DNA of 64,000 nt from Eledone cirrhosa (lineage: Eukaryota). A program made the position numbers and the translations under genes. Under the pieces are notes generated by a model. It was given only the letters and a program-made list of their open reading frames with translations. It had not been told where the DNA came from and did no database searches. The stretch is taken from NCBI GenBank assembly GCA_964016885.1, contig OZ024743.1, forward strand, positions 96,968,001 to 97,032,000, given 5' to 3'. Positions 26,766 to 39,808 of this stretch are shown here, one piece after another; within the stretch, counting starts at the first letter, position 1, and every line of letters starts with the position of its first letter.

Positions 26766-26957
26766 GAATTGACAGCATCGGTAGAGCATTAGACACCATG
26801 CTTTACAGCATAGAGTTATGGCCCTTTACGTTCTGAGTTAAAATCCTACTGAGGTTAACTTTGCCTTTCATCCTTACAGGATCGATAAAATAAAGTACCA
26901 GTAATGTACTGGACTAATTGCTGGCCTTGTACCAAAAGTAAAAACAATTATTAGACT
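26766..26957 (+). mobile_element. SINE family B, near full length, with flanking direct repeat
   Basis: tRNA-like head and GCCTTTCATCCTTACAGGATCGATAAAATAAAGTACC domain; AAACAATTATTAGACT on both sides. Confidence 0.8.
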
Positions 26958-28744
26958 ATAGAAAGAAAAAAACTCAAAACATAAGAAAACAAAAACAAGT
27001 TTTATCATATATCTGTTATGTAACTACTGCAATGTATTTCATAAGTGCAGGACTGGCATGGCCATGTGATTAAAAAGACTACGAGAGACTCACATTAACC
27101 TATGTTTTGTGAATAAAAGTTTTGTAGACAGATGTACAAAAGCAGAGTGTACCTGTTCCCATGCAGGAGAAAATGTAATCATTTGCTTGATTTAACATCA
27201 CAACTACTATAATCCATGATTTAACTAAAACTAAAAAAATAAATTAAAACAGCATAAAAGGAAAATCAAGATACATTCCTGCTTTAGCTGTATATTTCGA
27301 TGGCACAGCTTTAGTACAAATCGATGTGTTGTTGTTTTTACTATTCTGTGTTTATATATTGATATCTAATAGTGTCGATTTGTTAAATACTGTATGGTAC
27401 TATATTAAAGGTGATTATTTACATTGGATTTATATTGAATGATGGATAAATGGTGTCTATAATTGAATTTAAAACACATAGAGAAGTAGAATGAATCACC
27501 TCTCCTAGATTTCTATTAGTAGCCAATAAAATATAGATAAAAATTAAAATTGTCTGCATATGATTCAATTACTTATCTAAACAGAAAGTCTCAACACACT
27601 AAATATGGAATATCATTCTAACTTGATAGGCCATACAAAATGTTATAGTATACAAAACAACATTATACCTGTATGAGCTAATCAGAGAACCTCTACATGG
27701 CTGCTCAACCTGCTACACATAGCAGGAAAAGCTCCCCCATATCACACTCTTAAAAATCACCATTTAAAAAATAGGTCGCCTTCAAGATATGGTGTATATA
27801 TATAAAGAATGGGATACTTATAGCTGGAATGCCTTTTAAATGATTATAGCTGAAGTGGGATTATTATAGCTGGAATGTTACACTGGTCAGGGCTAACCTG
27901 AGTCTAAACAACATCATATCTTATAATAATTGGAGGATTGTGAGACTGTGTCAGGGATATTTTTTCTGAACACATTATTAAAATAAGTTGGATTACTTTG
28001 AATAAGTCATGAATGAATATTATGCAATTTATCTACTAAATTTCATAGCTTATATATAATGTATTGCTTATTTTAAGATTCACTTCTTGAAAATTTTCAA
28101 ATGTCTACACTTCCGGTTAGTGTCTGTATGCTATATTATATCGCTTATATAAACATTCATACATTTGCATAGTTATATAACATTTATATTTCCATCGCTA
28201 ATTTTCTCCTTTTTCGTTTTCATAAGATTTTGTCGTAATACAGTTTATATATAATATCGTCTTTTTTAAATGTATCATGGATTACTTTACTGATTACAGA
28301 GGAGAGTGTAACACACTCTCTCTTCAATTTCTGTGTATATTGTCAATTACGATTTTATTTGACGTAGCATATCTACATGCATATATATTTGCGTATAATA
28401 TCAATATGCACACTACATATGCTAGAAAATCACAGGAAGGGTGGTTTTTCTGCTAGTTATACTTTAATATACATTCTCAGGTTATATAATATTTTGATTC
28501 AAGCAAACTCCATTTATCTACATAGCTGGTAAATATATTGTAGAGAGAGTTCATAAGATCATAGGTTAAATTAAGGAAAGGATTTGTAAACTAAAAGCTC
28601 TTTCTCAGAAATCTCATTACAAATGTGAGTATATATCCTTCTATAGCAACCCAACCAGTTCAACAGGTGTCAAAATTGAGCCTCTACATGTTCAAACTGC
28701 TACAAGTGACCACTAAATCTCCACCAAACATCTTTCATTTGTGA

Positions 28745-28950
28745 GGTCTTAGGAAGGATCAGTGCCAATGGCCTGTGTAGGCTTTTTGAGTTCAGTAAAA
28801 GTAATGCCATGAATATCGCCTGTTGATGGATGTAGGAAAGACATAAGTGAGTATGGAATTCCAGAAGGCTTATGTTCTAAGGAAGAAGAATTGAGCACAG
28901 CGCTAGGGTTGGACACAACATAGGGAATGCAAGGATTAAATATCACTGAT
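28745..28950 (-). mobile_element. Degenerate CR1/L2/Jockey-like LINE 3' end
   Basis: Alternative frame QFFFLRT*AFWNSILTYVFP resembles FF.RT..LWN.LP..VFP. Confidence 0.5.
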
Positions 28951-28969
28951 TAAAGTATTTTTATTTTTG

Positions 28970-29006
<37 letters not shown>

Positions 29007-29043
29007 AAAGCAAAGGATTTTTAATATATCCCACATGAGATAG

Positions 29044-29288
29044 GAAAGAGATGGAAATGCAATTGGAGTCTTTATGAAAGTTTATTTACAACAACTTATA
29101 ACTTTACTGGTTTCACAAATTTCATGACTTTCAAAGGTTAAGGGAGAGGGAGAGATGTGTGGCTTTGCCATCAACCACACATCTCTCCATCTTTCTTAAC
29201 TTTTGGAAATCATGAAACTTGTGAAACTGGTAAAGTTATATGCTACTTAATCTTCTTAAAGACTCCAATTCCATTTTCAACTTCTTTT
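29044..29288. repeat. Diverged fold-back (~120-bp arms) with an HHR-like motif in each arm
   Basis: Centre GATGTGTGG..CCACACATC; 29197-29238 reads TAACTT...GAAA-CTGG-TA-AAGTTA and the mirror arm has CCAG. Confidence 0.7.
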
Positions 29289-30679
29289 TCCTATTTATTT
29301 ATATATGCCACCCTGATGAAATCTAGTGTTGGTACCATGATAAAATGTACACTACCCATTCTATGAAGTAATAGTGCCAGTACCATGAAAAAATGTACCC
29401 AGTACACACTGTAAAGTATTTAGGAATAGCATCTAACAGCAGAAACCAATCCAAACTAGATTCTCAGAATGCAACAACCTGTCCAGTCCAACCTAAGACA
29501 TACTGAAACACAGATATAAAATGGCAATGATGAAAATGTTGATGATAAATGAGAATACTGTCTTAAATCCTAAGAATGTATATCTTTAATGAATATAGGC
29601 TGTGTAGAATTAAAACATTGAGACAATGAAGATCAACTTGTGCAGGTATGTTATATATGCATGTCCACACATCTCAATTTAGGGATGATTGTTAGTTTTT
29701 AAATATCTACCTTGGAGTTAAAAAAAAACTGAAGAAGAGCTGACATGTGTGTAACTTCTTAGAAAAATATCTACCTTTCCAGAGCTGCCTAGCCTATAAC
29801 TGCTTGAAGAAATTTACATAAAAAATTGTGCTTGTATATTTTGTTCTGATAGCAAGTATTCCAGTGGTTTGACCTACAAAACAGCCTGCTCATGAAATTA
29901 ATGTGAAAGTGGCCAAGCATCTCACAAACATATGTATCCTTAACTTAGTCCTCAGGGAAATTCATCATGACACAGGGTCTGACGACTCATTTTTTTCAAC
30001 TGAACAGAATGGAGGATCAGGAAATAAAGTGTCTTGCTCAAAAACGCAATGAACCACTGGGAATCAATCTCCCTACCTTACAAATGTGAAAATACTTTAA
30101 CCACGAAGCCATACACATATATGTATATACATATTTACATGCATATATATAGATGGAAAATGATTGGATTTGTAATGAAGTCTAGGGACAGTAATATTAT
30201 TACAAATGCCAATGGAATAAATTCAAGTGCTTCGTAATCAATAGATGAATTTATCATAATGTCACATACAGGTATGTGGAAGTACTGAAAATAACCAAAC
30301 AAATCCTACAAACAATTAAACACAGTGATCAATTTGATAAAGAGTTCATTTCAAACAATATAAATTTACAAACTATTTACACTTTACCATTTAAATAAAT
30401 TAGATAATCAGTAAAACTAAAATATTTTATAAATAGGAGAAAAATGAAGTTACTGATGAAGAAAAGTCAAAGGTAGAATATTTATTTTGGTACAGTGCAG
30501 ATTCCAAGAAGCTGAGAGTCGGTAGGTTAGCCTGAACCCATCAAACACCCATCTGGTTATGCTTAGATATTTCACTAATAGATTGTTTTTCCATTTCAAG
30601 TCTTAACTGAGTTGACAATCACAGAACATATGCTGATTCTTTTTGTAATATTACTCTATTACTCTATCATATATTCCAG

Positions 30680-31220
30680 CTGACATGCTAAGGTATTGCT
30701 GGGGCACTGCCATTGATGCTACACTTTCTAATGCAAGCCTTCTCTGGTTGGCCATTGATGCAAAAGGGAATTTGTTACTGCTGCCATTATTTGCACTTCG
30801 CCTCATGCTGTGGGTTCATATGGGATCTTGGTCAGTAGAATGTCAAGATGTCTCTTGAAAATATCTACATGTACATCATGTAGATCTCTCAGATTTTTTG
30901 GCAGCTTTTTAAAAAGCTGGGGTCCCTTGAACCCCAGGCTATTGTAGTATGTGGTCCTTATTATTGATGCAACGAATGAGACCTTTGGCATTATATAGTG
31001 GCGTCCTGTTTGTGGGCTGGTCCTGCCTTTCATGCCGAAGATTGGTGCTAATCCTTCCAGGATCTTCCATACATATATCAATGCATATCACTCCTGTCTT
31101 TGTCCCAGAAGTAAAATTTTATTTTTTCAGCCTCTCCCTGTAATTCATTCCTTCCATTGAGGCAGTCCTCTTGGTGTAGCTTCGTTGGATTGCTTCAAGT
31201 TCTGCAGTCAGTTTATTGTT
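30680..31220 (-). mobile_element. CR1/L2-group LINE 3' end
   Basis: LEAIQRSYTK...MNYRERLK...IYVWKILEGLAP...NSLGFKGPQLFKKLPKNLRDL...FKRHLDILLTKIPYEP. Confidence 0.85.
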
Positions 31221-31265
31221 ATATAACATGTAATCAATTAAATTATTGCTATGAACCTTATAAAT

Positions 31266-31412
31266 ATAATGGGTTCTGATTTAGGCACAAGGCCAGCAAT
31301 ATAATGGGGGAAGTCGATTAAATCAGCCCAGTGCGTGACTGGTACTTTATTTTATCAACCCCGTAAGGATGAAAGGCAAAGCTAACCTCTGCGGGATTTG
31401 AACTCAGAACAT
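31266..31412 (-). mobile_element. SINE family B 3' part
   Basis: Same domain as 26766-26957. Confidence 0.8.
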
Positions 31413-31429
31413 AAATCGTCAATTTATAC

Positions 31430-31900
31430 AAAATCATGCCTGTTGAAAAAGTGGGAGCTGAGGCAAGAAGGATTGGGTATAGTATTTAGTGCATGTCTGT
31501 GAAGTGGGAGTTAGAAAGTAAGACACAATTGAGATAATGAAAGAGAAGTTCTGGATCAGGTCTATTCGAGTTGTGATAATATTTTAGAGGAACAGCAACC
31601 ATTATAGTAGTTGTAGAAGAAACAGAGAGGTATGATACACTGTGTTAGTGTATATGTGTCTGTTCTTAGAATTGTGTTAGTATGCAAAGGAATATTAATC
31701 AATCAGATTGATGGCTTTTGTTTGGGGGATAAGAGCTAAAATTCTTGCTGTATGGCAATTGTTTTGTCTGAGATATGCACACTTGTGTAGATAAATGCCA
31801 AATCCTGGAATTTACTTGCTGACCATGAAGTCTTAGAAACTTCAATGCTTTATTTGACACATAGTGCTTCAGAAATGAAGAATTCCAAGCAACAATACAT
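31430..31900 (-). mobile_element. Highly degenerate CR1/L2/Jockey-like LINE fragment
   Basis: Patches QTKAINLID and FYNYYNGCCSS; similar patches at ~54700-55070. Confidence 0.4.
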
Positions 31901-32139
31901 AAGAGAATTCAATATAAAGACATGCTTTTACAGTTTATATAAGTACTTTATGTGGCCTTCTTACTATCTAAGCATGAAGATTCTTCGGTAACATCACATG
32001 TATGCAGTTCATGTTTTCTTGAAATATTACCAGCAGCATTTACAAAACAACAGTGTACACTCATTCTCTCTCTCTCTCTCACACACACTCACACATTTAT
32101 ATATATTCACGCTAACACCTCCCTTTCTTTATAAAGTTA

Positions 32140-32431
32140 TGTTGGTACCACAACATCCAGTCCAAACTAATGAGATCGTGTAGGTGTCATGACAAAAAAA
32201 AAACACACAGTCCACGCTATAATGTGGCCGTGTAGGTAACATGATTAAAAGTTCACAGTCCACACTGTAAATGTGGTTGGTGTTAGGAAGGGCATCCAGC
32301 CGTAGAAAACCTGCCAGATAGTCCTATACGAGCGAGACACGGTCACCCAATCCTGCCTCAAGTGGGAAAACTCCTGTCTAACCCTTGCTAACGTGGAAGA
32401 TAGACGTTAAACGATGATGATAATGATGATA
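32140..32431 (+). mobile_element. SINE family A variant
   Basis: Internal subrepeats plus GGAAGGGCATCCAGCCGTAGAAAAC core and (GAT)n tail. Confidence 0.75.
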
Positions 32432-32527
32432 TATAGATACATGGTTACAAATTTATATGAAATAGATGAATGGATACAAAAGTGTTGATTTTAGAAGAAT
32501 AGAAGGTAAAGTAAACCCCCAATTTAA

Positions 32528-32746
32528 CCCTTTAGCATTTAAATCGGCCATATCCGGCCATAACTCTCTTACCTCTTTCTGTTTAAACCATCTGTAACTA
32601 GCCACTCATACTGATGTTAAGGTATTGTTCTCAACATAAATAATATCAAAATCTCATAGATCAATATTATGTGAGATAATTATGTGAGGTAAAGCTTTTA
32701 CCACAAAATACAATAGTATATATAGAGTAATGTAAATGCTAAAGGG
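32528..32746 (+). mobile_element. piggyBac-type MITE (~220 bp)
   Basis: TTAA-CCCTTTAGCATTTA ... TAAATGCTAAAGGG-TTAA; 4 copies in the window. Confidence 0.88.
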
Positions 32747-33149
32747 TTAAACTTAAAATATCATAGGACATCTTTTGATACAAACTAATGAACACCGGGG
32801 TAATTTGAAATACTTCTGAGAAGGTAAGAATCCTAAATGCAGAAAAAAACTGCTGTTGGCCACTTTTTTACACCCATAGAGGTATCTACCCAATTCTCTA
32901 AGTTATTATATAGTTGTCACAGTTATTTTCTGTTTTGGGGATTCCAGCATTTTCTAAAGAATAATAGAACATAATAAAATACTACAAAGCTTTCAGTCCA
33001 GCAATTTAATATTTCTACCATTCTACTACTCTCATGCAACCATATCTCTGATGAATTATACTGTTTTAATTAATTAATAAAGAATTTTGAAAGATTTACT
33101 AAAATTATTAATTATTTCCTTACTAAGATTATAACCAAATATATGAAAT

Positions 33150-33336
33150 AACTGTTTCTACTTTTTTGGTACAAGTCCAGCAATTATTCCAGGGTATTAC
33201 TGGTACTTTATTTTATCAACCCCGTAAGGATGAAAGGCAAAGTTAACCTCAGTGGGATTTGAACTCAGACCATAAAGGGCCGTAACTCTTTGCAGCAAAG
33301 GATGGCGCCCGACCCTCTACCGATATTGCCAATCCA
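33150..33336 (-). mobile_element. SINE family B
   Basis: B-box GAGTTCAAATCC on the minus strand plus the shared domain. Confidence 0.82.
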
Positions 33337-33787
33337 AGCTTAAATAGGAACCCTTTAAAATTGGTGGTATTATTCCATAGAAGCAGAGCTGGTTTTGTTC
33401 AGATCAGTATGAAAAGAGATAAACTAAATAAAGCTACTGTCTGTCTATTGGTAAAAACTGTCATCTGTTTTGTATATACTTCTCATTCTCTGTTTGAAGA
33501 AATTTGATCAAAATGCTGAGTAGTAGTATCAAACTAGGAACCATAAGATTGCAAAGAAAACTCCATAGTCGCACAGCCACACCTGCATCTATACCTAAAT
33601 ATATTAGTTAATCATATAAACATATAAATTTTTTCTGAATATTTGCCATACTTGATATAAGATCATACCCAACAACTTTGCTGTTTCCTCATTCCAGTTG
33701 AATGAAGTAAGCAGCAGTAAAAATAATATTGATTCAACCAGATTCATTCTTTCCTTTATAAAAGCTGGCTATGTGCCTCTTTCTTAC

Positions 33788-34028
33788 TATATTTCCAATG
33801 AAAGACACAACCTATAATTTTCAAATCATTTTGAAAATAATCAAAGATTTGGTGGGATTTTTTAAACTAAGTTTCTCAAAATCAATCTGGTGGTTGAAGC
33901 ATAAATTAAAGGTTCTTGCATAGAATTATGGTGGAAGCTTTTTAGATAAATTTAAGTACTTAAAAACAAACAATTCTGTATCATAAAACAAAAGGTACCT
34001 TCAAGCAGTTTGGAATCAAAAAGGTTAA
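33788..34028. repeat. Dispersed repeat, unclassified
   Basis: Homologous to ~50470-50707 (ATATTTC.AATGAAAGACAC...TTTTGAAAATAATCAAA). Confidence 0.55.
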
Positions 34029-34747
34029 AAGAACTCCCATCTGGTATTATAACCATAATCAATTTTAGTGTGGGAAAGGGGAAGGTGAAACCTATATAGA
34101 TAAACTAGGTTACTTAAATAAAGGCATTTTAAGATTTATTTTTGTTCCAATACATTCTGAATTCAATAACCCACTGGTTATCTTTTCTTTCCTCTGTGAA
34201 GACAACAGGTGCACACAACGTTAGAACTAAAGAGAAAATTACAATTCTATACTATTTTATTGTTTTCAGTTATTAGACAGTAGCCATGCCAGGACACCTC
34301 CTTAACATGGTTTATTTCTTCAAATCAACACTAGTACTTATTTTAAGTTATAGAACAAACAGGCACACATTCACACACACATGTGCAAACACAGTGCCAA
34401 AAAGTGGAATATGTTCTCACAACTGTCCTCTAAAAACACTGCCTAAATACACATATTGATTTTTTCAATCGGTGCCCTCACAAATCAAAATTCCTTCTGA
34501 AGAGATGGTCTAGATCAGACTAAAATTTGCGAATTAACTCTTGTTTTCTCTCTGAATACAAGTTATCCCCCTTTCTTGTTAAAACTATCTCCCTTACATA
34601 TATTTAACTAATTGAAATTGTTAGGGTTTCCCCCCTTAGAACTTTTATATACTATCAAGAATCTCCTCAGAAGTACTCCATCACAATATGGCAGACAAAT
34701 AAGTTGGCTTAATAACCTAATGAATCTTAAGTATCTGCATGTCACTA

Positions 34748-35282
34748 TTGTAAGAAGTTTAGGGAGCTGCTTCCTCTGCTGACGAAGAAAGGTTTCTCCC
34801 TGCGTACAAAAGGCTGGTTATATGATGCCTGTGTGAGATTCGCAATGCTCCATGGTAGTGAGACATGGGCAGCAACTGCAGTGGATATGCGATGGCTGGA
34901 GAGAAATGAAGCAAGCATGCTCCGTTGGATGTGTAATGTACGTGAACGACCAAGCATGGATGAGTTGAGAGAGAAATTGTGTATAAGAGGGATAAGTTGT
35001 AGTGTGCAGGAGAGAAGACTGAGATGGTATGGACATGTGATGCGAATGGAGGATGACCGCTGGGTAAAGAAGTGTCAAGAAATGCCAGTTGAAGGAAGAC
35101 GCAGTAGACGAAGACCACGAAAAACATTGGCGGAGGTGGTGAGGGCAGACCTCAGATTGCTGAAGCTCACAGAGGAGATGACAAAGAATCGTGACAAGTG
35201 GAGAGATGCTGTGCTGAATAGGACCCTTCCCACCCTATCAAGCAGGGAAAAGCGGACGTAAAATGATGATGATGATGATGAT
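34748..35282 (+). mobile_element. RTE-clade LINE 3' end; open frame to the stop at 35261, then (GAT)n tail
   Basis: KKFRELLPLL...LYDACVRFAMLHGSETW...RRLRWYGHVMRMEDDRWVKKC...GRRSRRRPRKT. Confidence 0.92.
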
Positions 35283-35369
35283 ATATATATATATATATAT
35301 AATATATATATGTGTGTGTGTGTATGTATATATATATATATAATATATATGTGTGTGTGTGTGTGTATG

Positions 35370-35419
<50 letters not shown>

Positions 35420-35667
35420 CAAAATTTCACTTAAAATTATTGGTCCACCCAAGTCTAAAGTAAAAGACAAACATGAAAAACAAACTTCTTAACTACTCAG
35501 CTGTAATTATGCATATATCTTAAGAAAATCTTAGATAAATTTAGTATATATTTTCATGCATTCCACAAGAACAAAACATATATGTGCAGTTCTCTATCAG
35601 CCGGATTTAATCCTAATACATATTAGATGCTATATCTATTGTCAGTCAGTCAGAAGTGATGGTTTAA

Positions 35668-35888
35668 TCCTTTAGCATTTACATTACTCTATATTTACTA
35701 TTATATTTTTGTGGTAAAAGATTTATTTTATATAATTATCTCACATGATATTGAATCTATGAGATTTTGATGTTATTTATTTTGAGAACAATACCTTAAC
35801 ATCAGTATGAGCGGCAAGTTACAGCTGATTTGAACAGAAAGAAGTGAGAGAGTTCTGGCCGGATATGGCCAGTTTAAATGCTAAAGGG
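35668..35888 (-). mobile_element. piggyBac-type MITE
   Basis: Reverse copy of 32528-32746 with TTAA flanks. Confidence 0.85.
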
Positions 35889-38515
35889 TTAAATGTACTG
35901 GTTGGTTAATTTGTTCTGTGCATATTTCATATACACAACGTTCTGTGATATTTGTGGTTCCAGGAAATTATTAGACTGTATTGGCAACATTTGAGATTAT
36001 TTTTGCTAAATGCTTTGTTCTCTATTTAGTTGCAACCACAAGTGAAATTGCAAACAGTATTTATGAAAAGCAACATGTGAATTATGTATGGGGTCAAAAA
36101 CTGAAACATGTGGAGAAGTAAAACATGATATTGCATTTGAACATTCATTCATTGGATTATGAGTTAAGCATAATATTACAAGTTTAATAAAGACAGATTT
36201 CAAACATATAATAAAAATAATGAAAATCATTTTTCTTAAATTGAATTTCTTTTAACATTTGAGTTTCATACAAATATAAAAATATATTTCATTAGTTTTA
36301 GATGCTACTTAAATTTGAAAATGAAACTATTTAGGGTTATTGATAATGTTTTATTTACCAGAATTAGATAATTAATTTTCAGAATTGATTTGCTCTGAGA
36401 TTTAAATCTATCCTCAAGATATAAGGCAGCATAAAGAATGTTTTCAGATTTTCTATCCATTTAACTTAAATCGTTATTTCATATATATTTTTTCAGTATG
36501 TATATCTGATAATTTATTTTGTGTATTTTTACATGAAATTTCAATTTCATATATAATGTTTGCAATTAAATATTTGCTACAAAATACGTAAACACAGCAC
36601 TGATAAATAGAAAATAGCTTTATAATAACAAATAAATAGAAAGTTTAAGTCATTCTATGTAGTAAGAGTGAAATTTAGAACCAAATTAATTCGCTATATA
36701 TTTTAAGATACTAAATTTAAGTTTATTTATTAAAAGAATTCTATCTATCCATATATCTGGACAGAAGTAAAAACAAACTGTTTTATAATTTTCTTTCCCA
36801 ATTTCACCATTTTTTTTTACAAAATTTAGAAATGGGATAGATATTTTTAGATTTATTGCATCTAAATACATCAACAACGGTAAGTAGATTTATTAAAATG
36901 ATGTTCAACATCCATTTATCTATGCTTGCATGGTTGTCAGGGTTTATTTGAAGGAGCAACTATTTTTACAGCTGAATGCCCTTCCTTTCGATAACCAGTC
37001 AGCCACAAACCCTTAATATGTTGATAACACACTGCACATACAGCAATGTATTTTCTTTGTAAACAAAGTAGATTTCCTTTTTTAACATTGCAGTTTTTAT
37101 TGCTAATGAGACAAGCTTGTAAATGCTAAACTTTTCAATAATGTGTTTTTGGTTGCATATTTAGAAAGGTATTTCAAATTGAGGTTAAATGAACATACTT
37201 AAAAGATGGTTTGGTTTTCATGAAAAATTTCTAGATACACCATTTTCTAATTTGAATCTGATTTGAAAATGAAAAATATTTACAATAATGCACTTTGCAA
37301 AATGGTTCTCACAATCATTATAATGTTTGTGTGTTTGCATATGCATGTGTGTATATGTGTGTGTATGAACGTATTTGTATGTATATGTATATAAGTATGT
37401 ATGAATGTGTGTGTGTGTGCATATGTGAGAGATAAGGAGTGTGTGTGTAATTGTTGCTGATGCTTACCATTTTTGAGTCCTTTAAAGGTTATGATTATTC
37501 ATATCTCTACATTTCAATTATTATCAATTTATCCATTCACAGTGAATATCATATATAAATGTTCTGATAATAATTATCAACCACTTTTATTTCCAACATT
37601 TTATCCCCTTTGATTTTGAAGTTCACCCAGCTGCCACATATGGTAACTTTGCTGTTTTTACTATTTACAGAGCAGGAAACGCTTGGAGATCAGGAAGTCC
37701 TGACTATATGTTGCTGTTTAGGTACCAGGACATCTGCTGTTTACTCTCACACACACCTTGCCGCCATTTTCACTTGTATCTTTTTAGTCTCAACACCAAA
37801 CAACTGTGAACGCCTTTTTGTTGTTTTTTTTTTCTAATTAATTTTTTTTACATACTTTCATCTTATTTATTATCTCTTTCCAATTTCAACTATTTTTTTA
37901 CAAATTCTAGATTGTTTAACTTTATTCTTTATTGCAATCTATTTCATTTTTTAAAGAAATAAAATAGTAAAAAAAAAATGCTAGTCAGGGAAAGAGAGAA
38001 ATACAAATAAAATTCCTTGTTATTTCTATTGACTCTAGCTCTGAAAAAAAAATGTAATCATAATAAACAATAATAACGACCACCAGTAAACTACTGATAA
38101 TGATTACTAACAACACTGTTGCTGATGATGATGAAGATGATTACTATATAACAAAAACAAAAAAAAACACAAACAAAACAAAAAAAACAACAACAGCAAC
38201 AATAAATACAAAAATCATATTACTAATAATACTTTCTTACATAGTCACAATAACGCAGAACTATTTGAGGGGTTAGGGGTGTATTAGAAGGTTATGACAT
38301 GCCTTTTTTACAACCAAGGGCATATTTTATGATGTGCAATAAATATCTTAAATGGTAATCTAAAACTGTTATGATAATAACAATATTAATAATGATAATT
38401 ATCATCATCACTGTCATCATCATCGTCATCATCCCCATCTTTATTTTTATTAGAAATTTGTCCTTGAAATATCCTTCGTCCATTGCTCTTTTGGCAATAA
38501 AAGGGGTTATTATTA

Positions 38516-38550
<35 letters not shown>

Positions 38551-38705
38551 TTCAAGTACTGTACATGAAAATTGACAGGAAGTATTTGTTGTCCCATTTT
38601 GTTGTTGCTGTTTACTTCATCAATTCTCTATTCTCTAGTTAAATTCTTACAAAGGTTATTGCATTCAAATTCATTAATAGTAATAATGATGATGATAATG
38701 ATGAT

Positions 38706-38960
38706 GATTTCTTTTATTGACCACAAGGGTGCACTACACTACAGTGGGGACAATGCAAGGATGAAAAACAAGACAAAATGGGGTTTCATTGAGTAAATCA
38801 AAAGGTAAATCGACAAAGGGAAAACAGTAGATATAAAAATAACAATTATTGTGATAAACAGTAATGATGACAATATAATATTGTAATAAAAGTCAACTAG
38901 GAAAGGGTTCCCAGTAAGTGGGGACAAACCCTTAGATTAATTTCAAGGAAAACAACACAA
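38706..38960 (-). repeat. Dispersed repeat, probable retrotransposon 3' UTR
   Basis: Homologous to ~49275-49495; the minus strand ends AATAAAAGAAA-(TCA)n. Confidence 0.5.
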
Positions 38961-38984
38961 ACAATTATTTAATGACCGTTATCA

Positions 38985-39152
38985 ACAGAATAGAAAGATT
39001 CCTGAAACCATAGGGATAAAAACAAAAGTAGAATTAATCTGAATGTCTGCCTTACTAAGGACACCAAGAATAGTCAGAAAGATATTTGAGCTCTAAGGAA
39101 AAGATTTGATCCAACCTTAATGACAAAAATTAAAATTTATTGGTGGAAAGCA
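38985..39152 (+). mobile_element. Degenerate Dong/R4-like LINE 3' end
   Basis: GIKTKVELI*MSALLRTPRIVRKIFEL* resembles LQKACLLGTARTLR at ~46470; followed by (AAT)n. Confidence 0.55.
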
Positions 39153-39535
39153 ATAATAATAATTGTTTCTACTTTTGGCACAAGGCTAGCTATTACCCCA
39201 GTGTATTACTGGTACTTTATTTTATCGACCCCGTAAGGATGAAAGGCAAAGTTAACCTCGGTGGGATTTGAACTCAGATTGTAAAAGGACGTAACTATGC
39301 TGAAAAGCATGGTGTTCGACCCTCCACCGATACTGCCAATCCACTCACTACCCATAATAATAATATTAATGGTTTCTGATTTAGGCACAAGAACAACAAT
39401 ATTTGGGTAGATGAATGTCAAGTAAATCAACTCAAGTTTGTTACTGGTACTTTATTTTATCGATCCTGTAAGGACAAAGAACCAACAATAATCTTGGTGG
39501 GATTTCAAAACAGAATGTAATGGGCTGTATCTATA
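39153..39535 (-). mobile_element. Two tandem SINE family B copies between (TAA)n tracts
   Basis: Copies at ~39153-39353 and ~39365-39535. Confidence 0.78.
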
Positions 39536-39777
39536 ATAATAATAATAATATCAGCTATCTCAAGCTTCACGAAAATATTCTTAGATTTCCAAAGTTGATT
39601 TCCTGTCACCTCAATTTCTCTTCCATTTTTACCATTAATTAATCTAATTTTGATTCTAATTCAATCAGTCAGAAAACCATAAGATGTTATGTATTCATTC
39701 TAATATATATATAGATGTGTGTAAATATATATATCTGTATAAAATATATATATATAACATATATATATATATGTATA

Positions 39778-39808
<31 letters not shown>

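Noticed and set aside
29580-30280. Donor-like CAG|GTATGT sites at ~29645 and ~30271
   Set aside because: Upstream frames contain stops and there is no consistent exon chain
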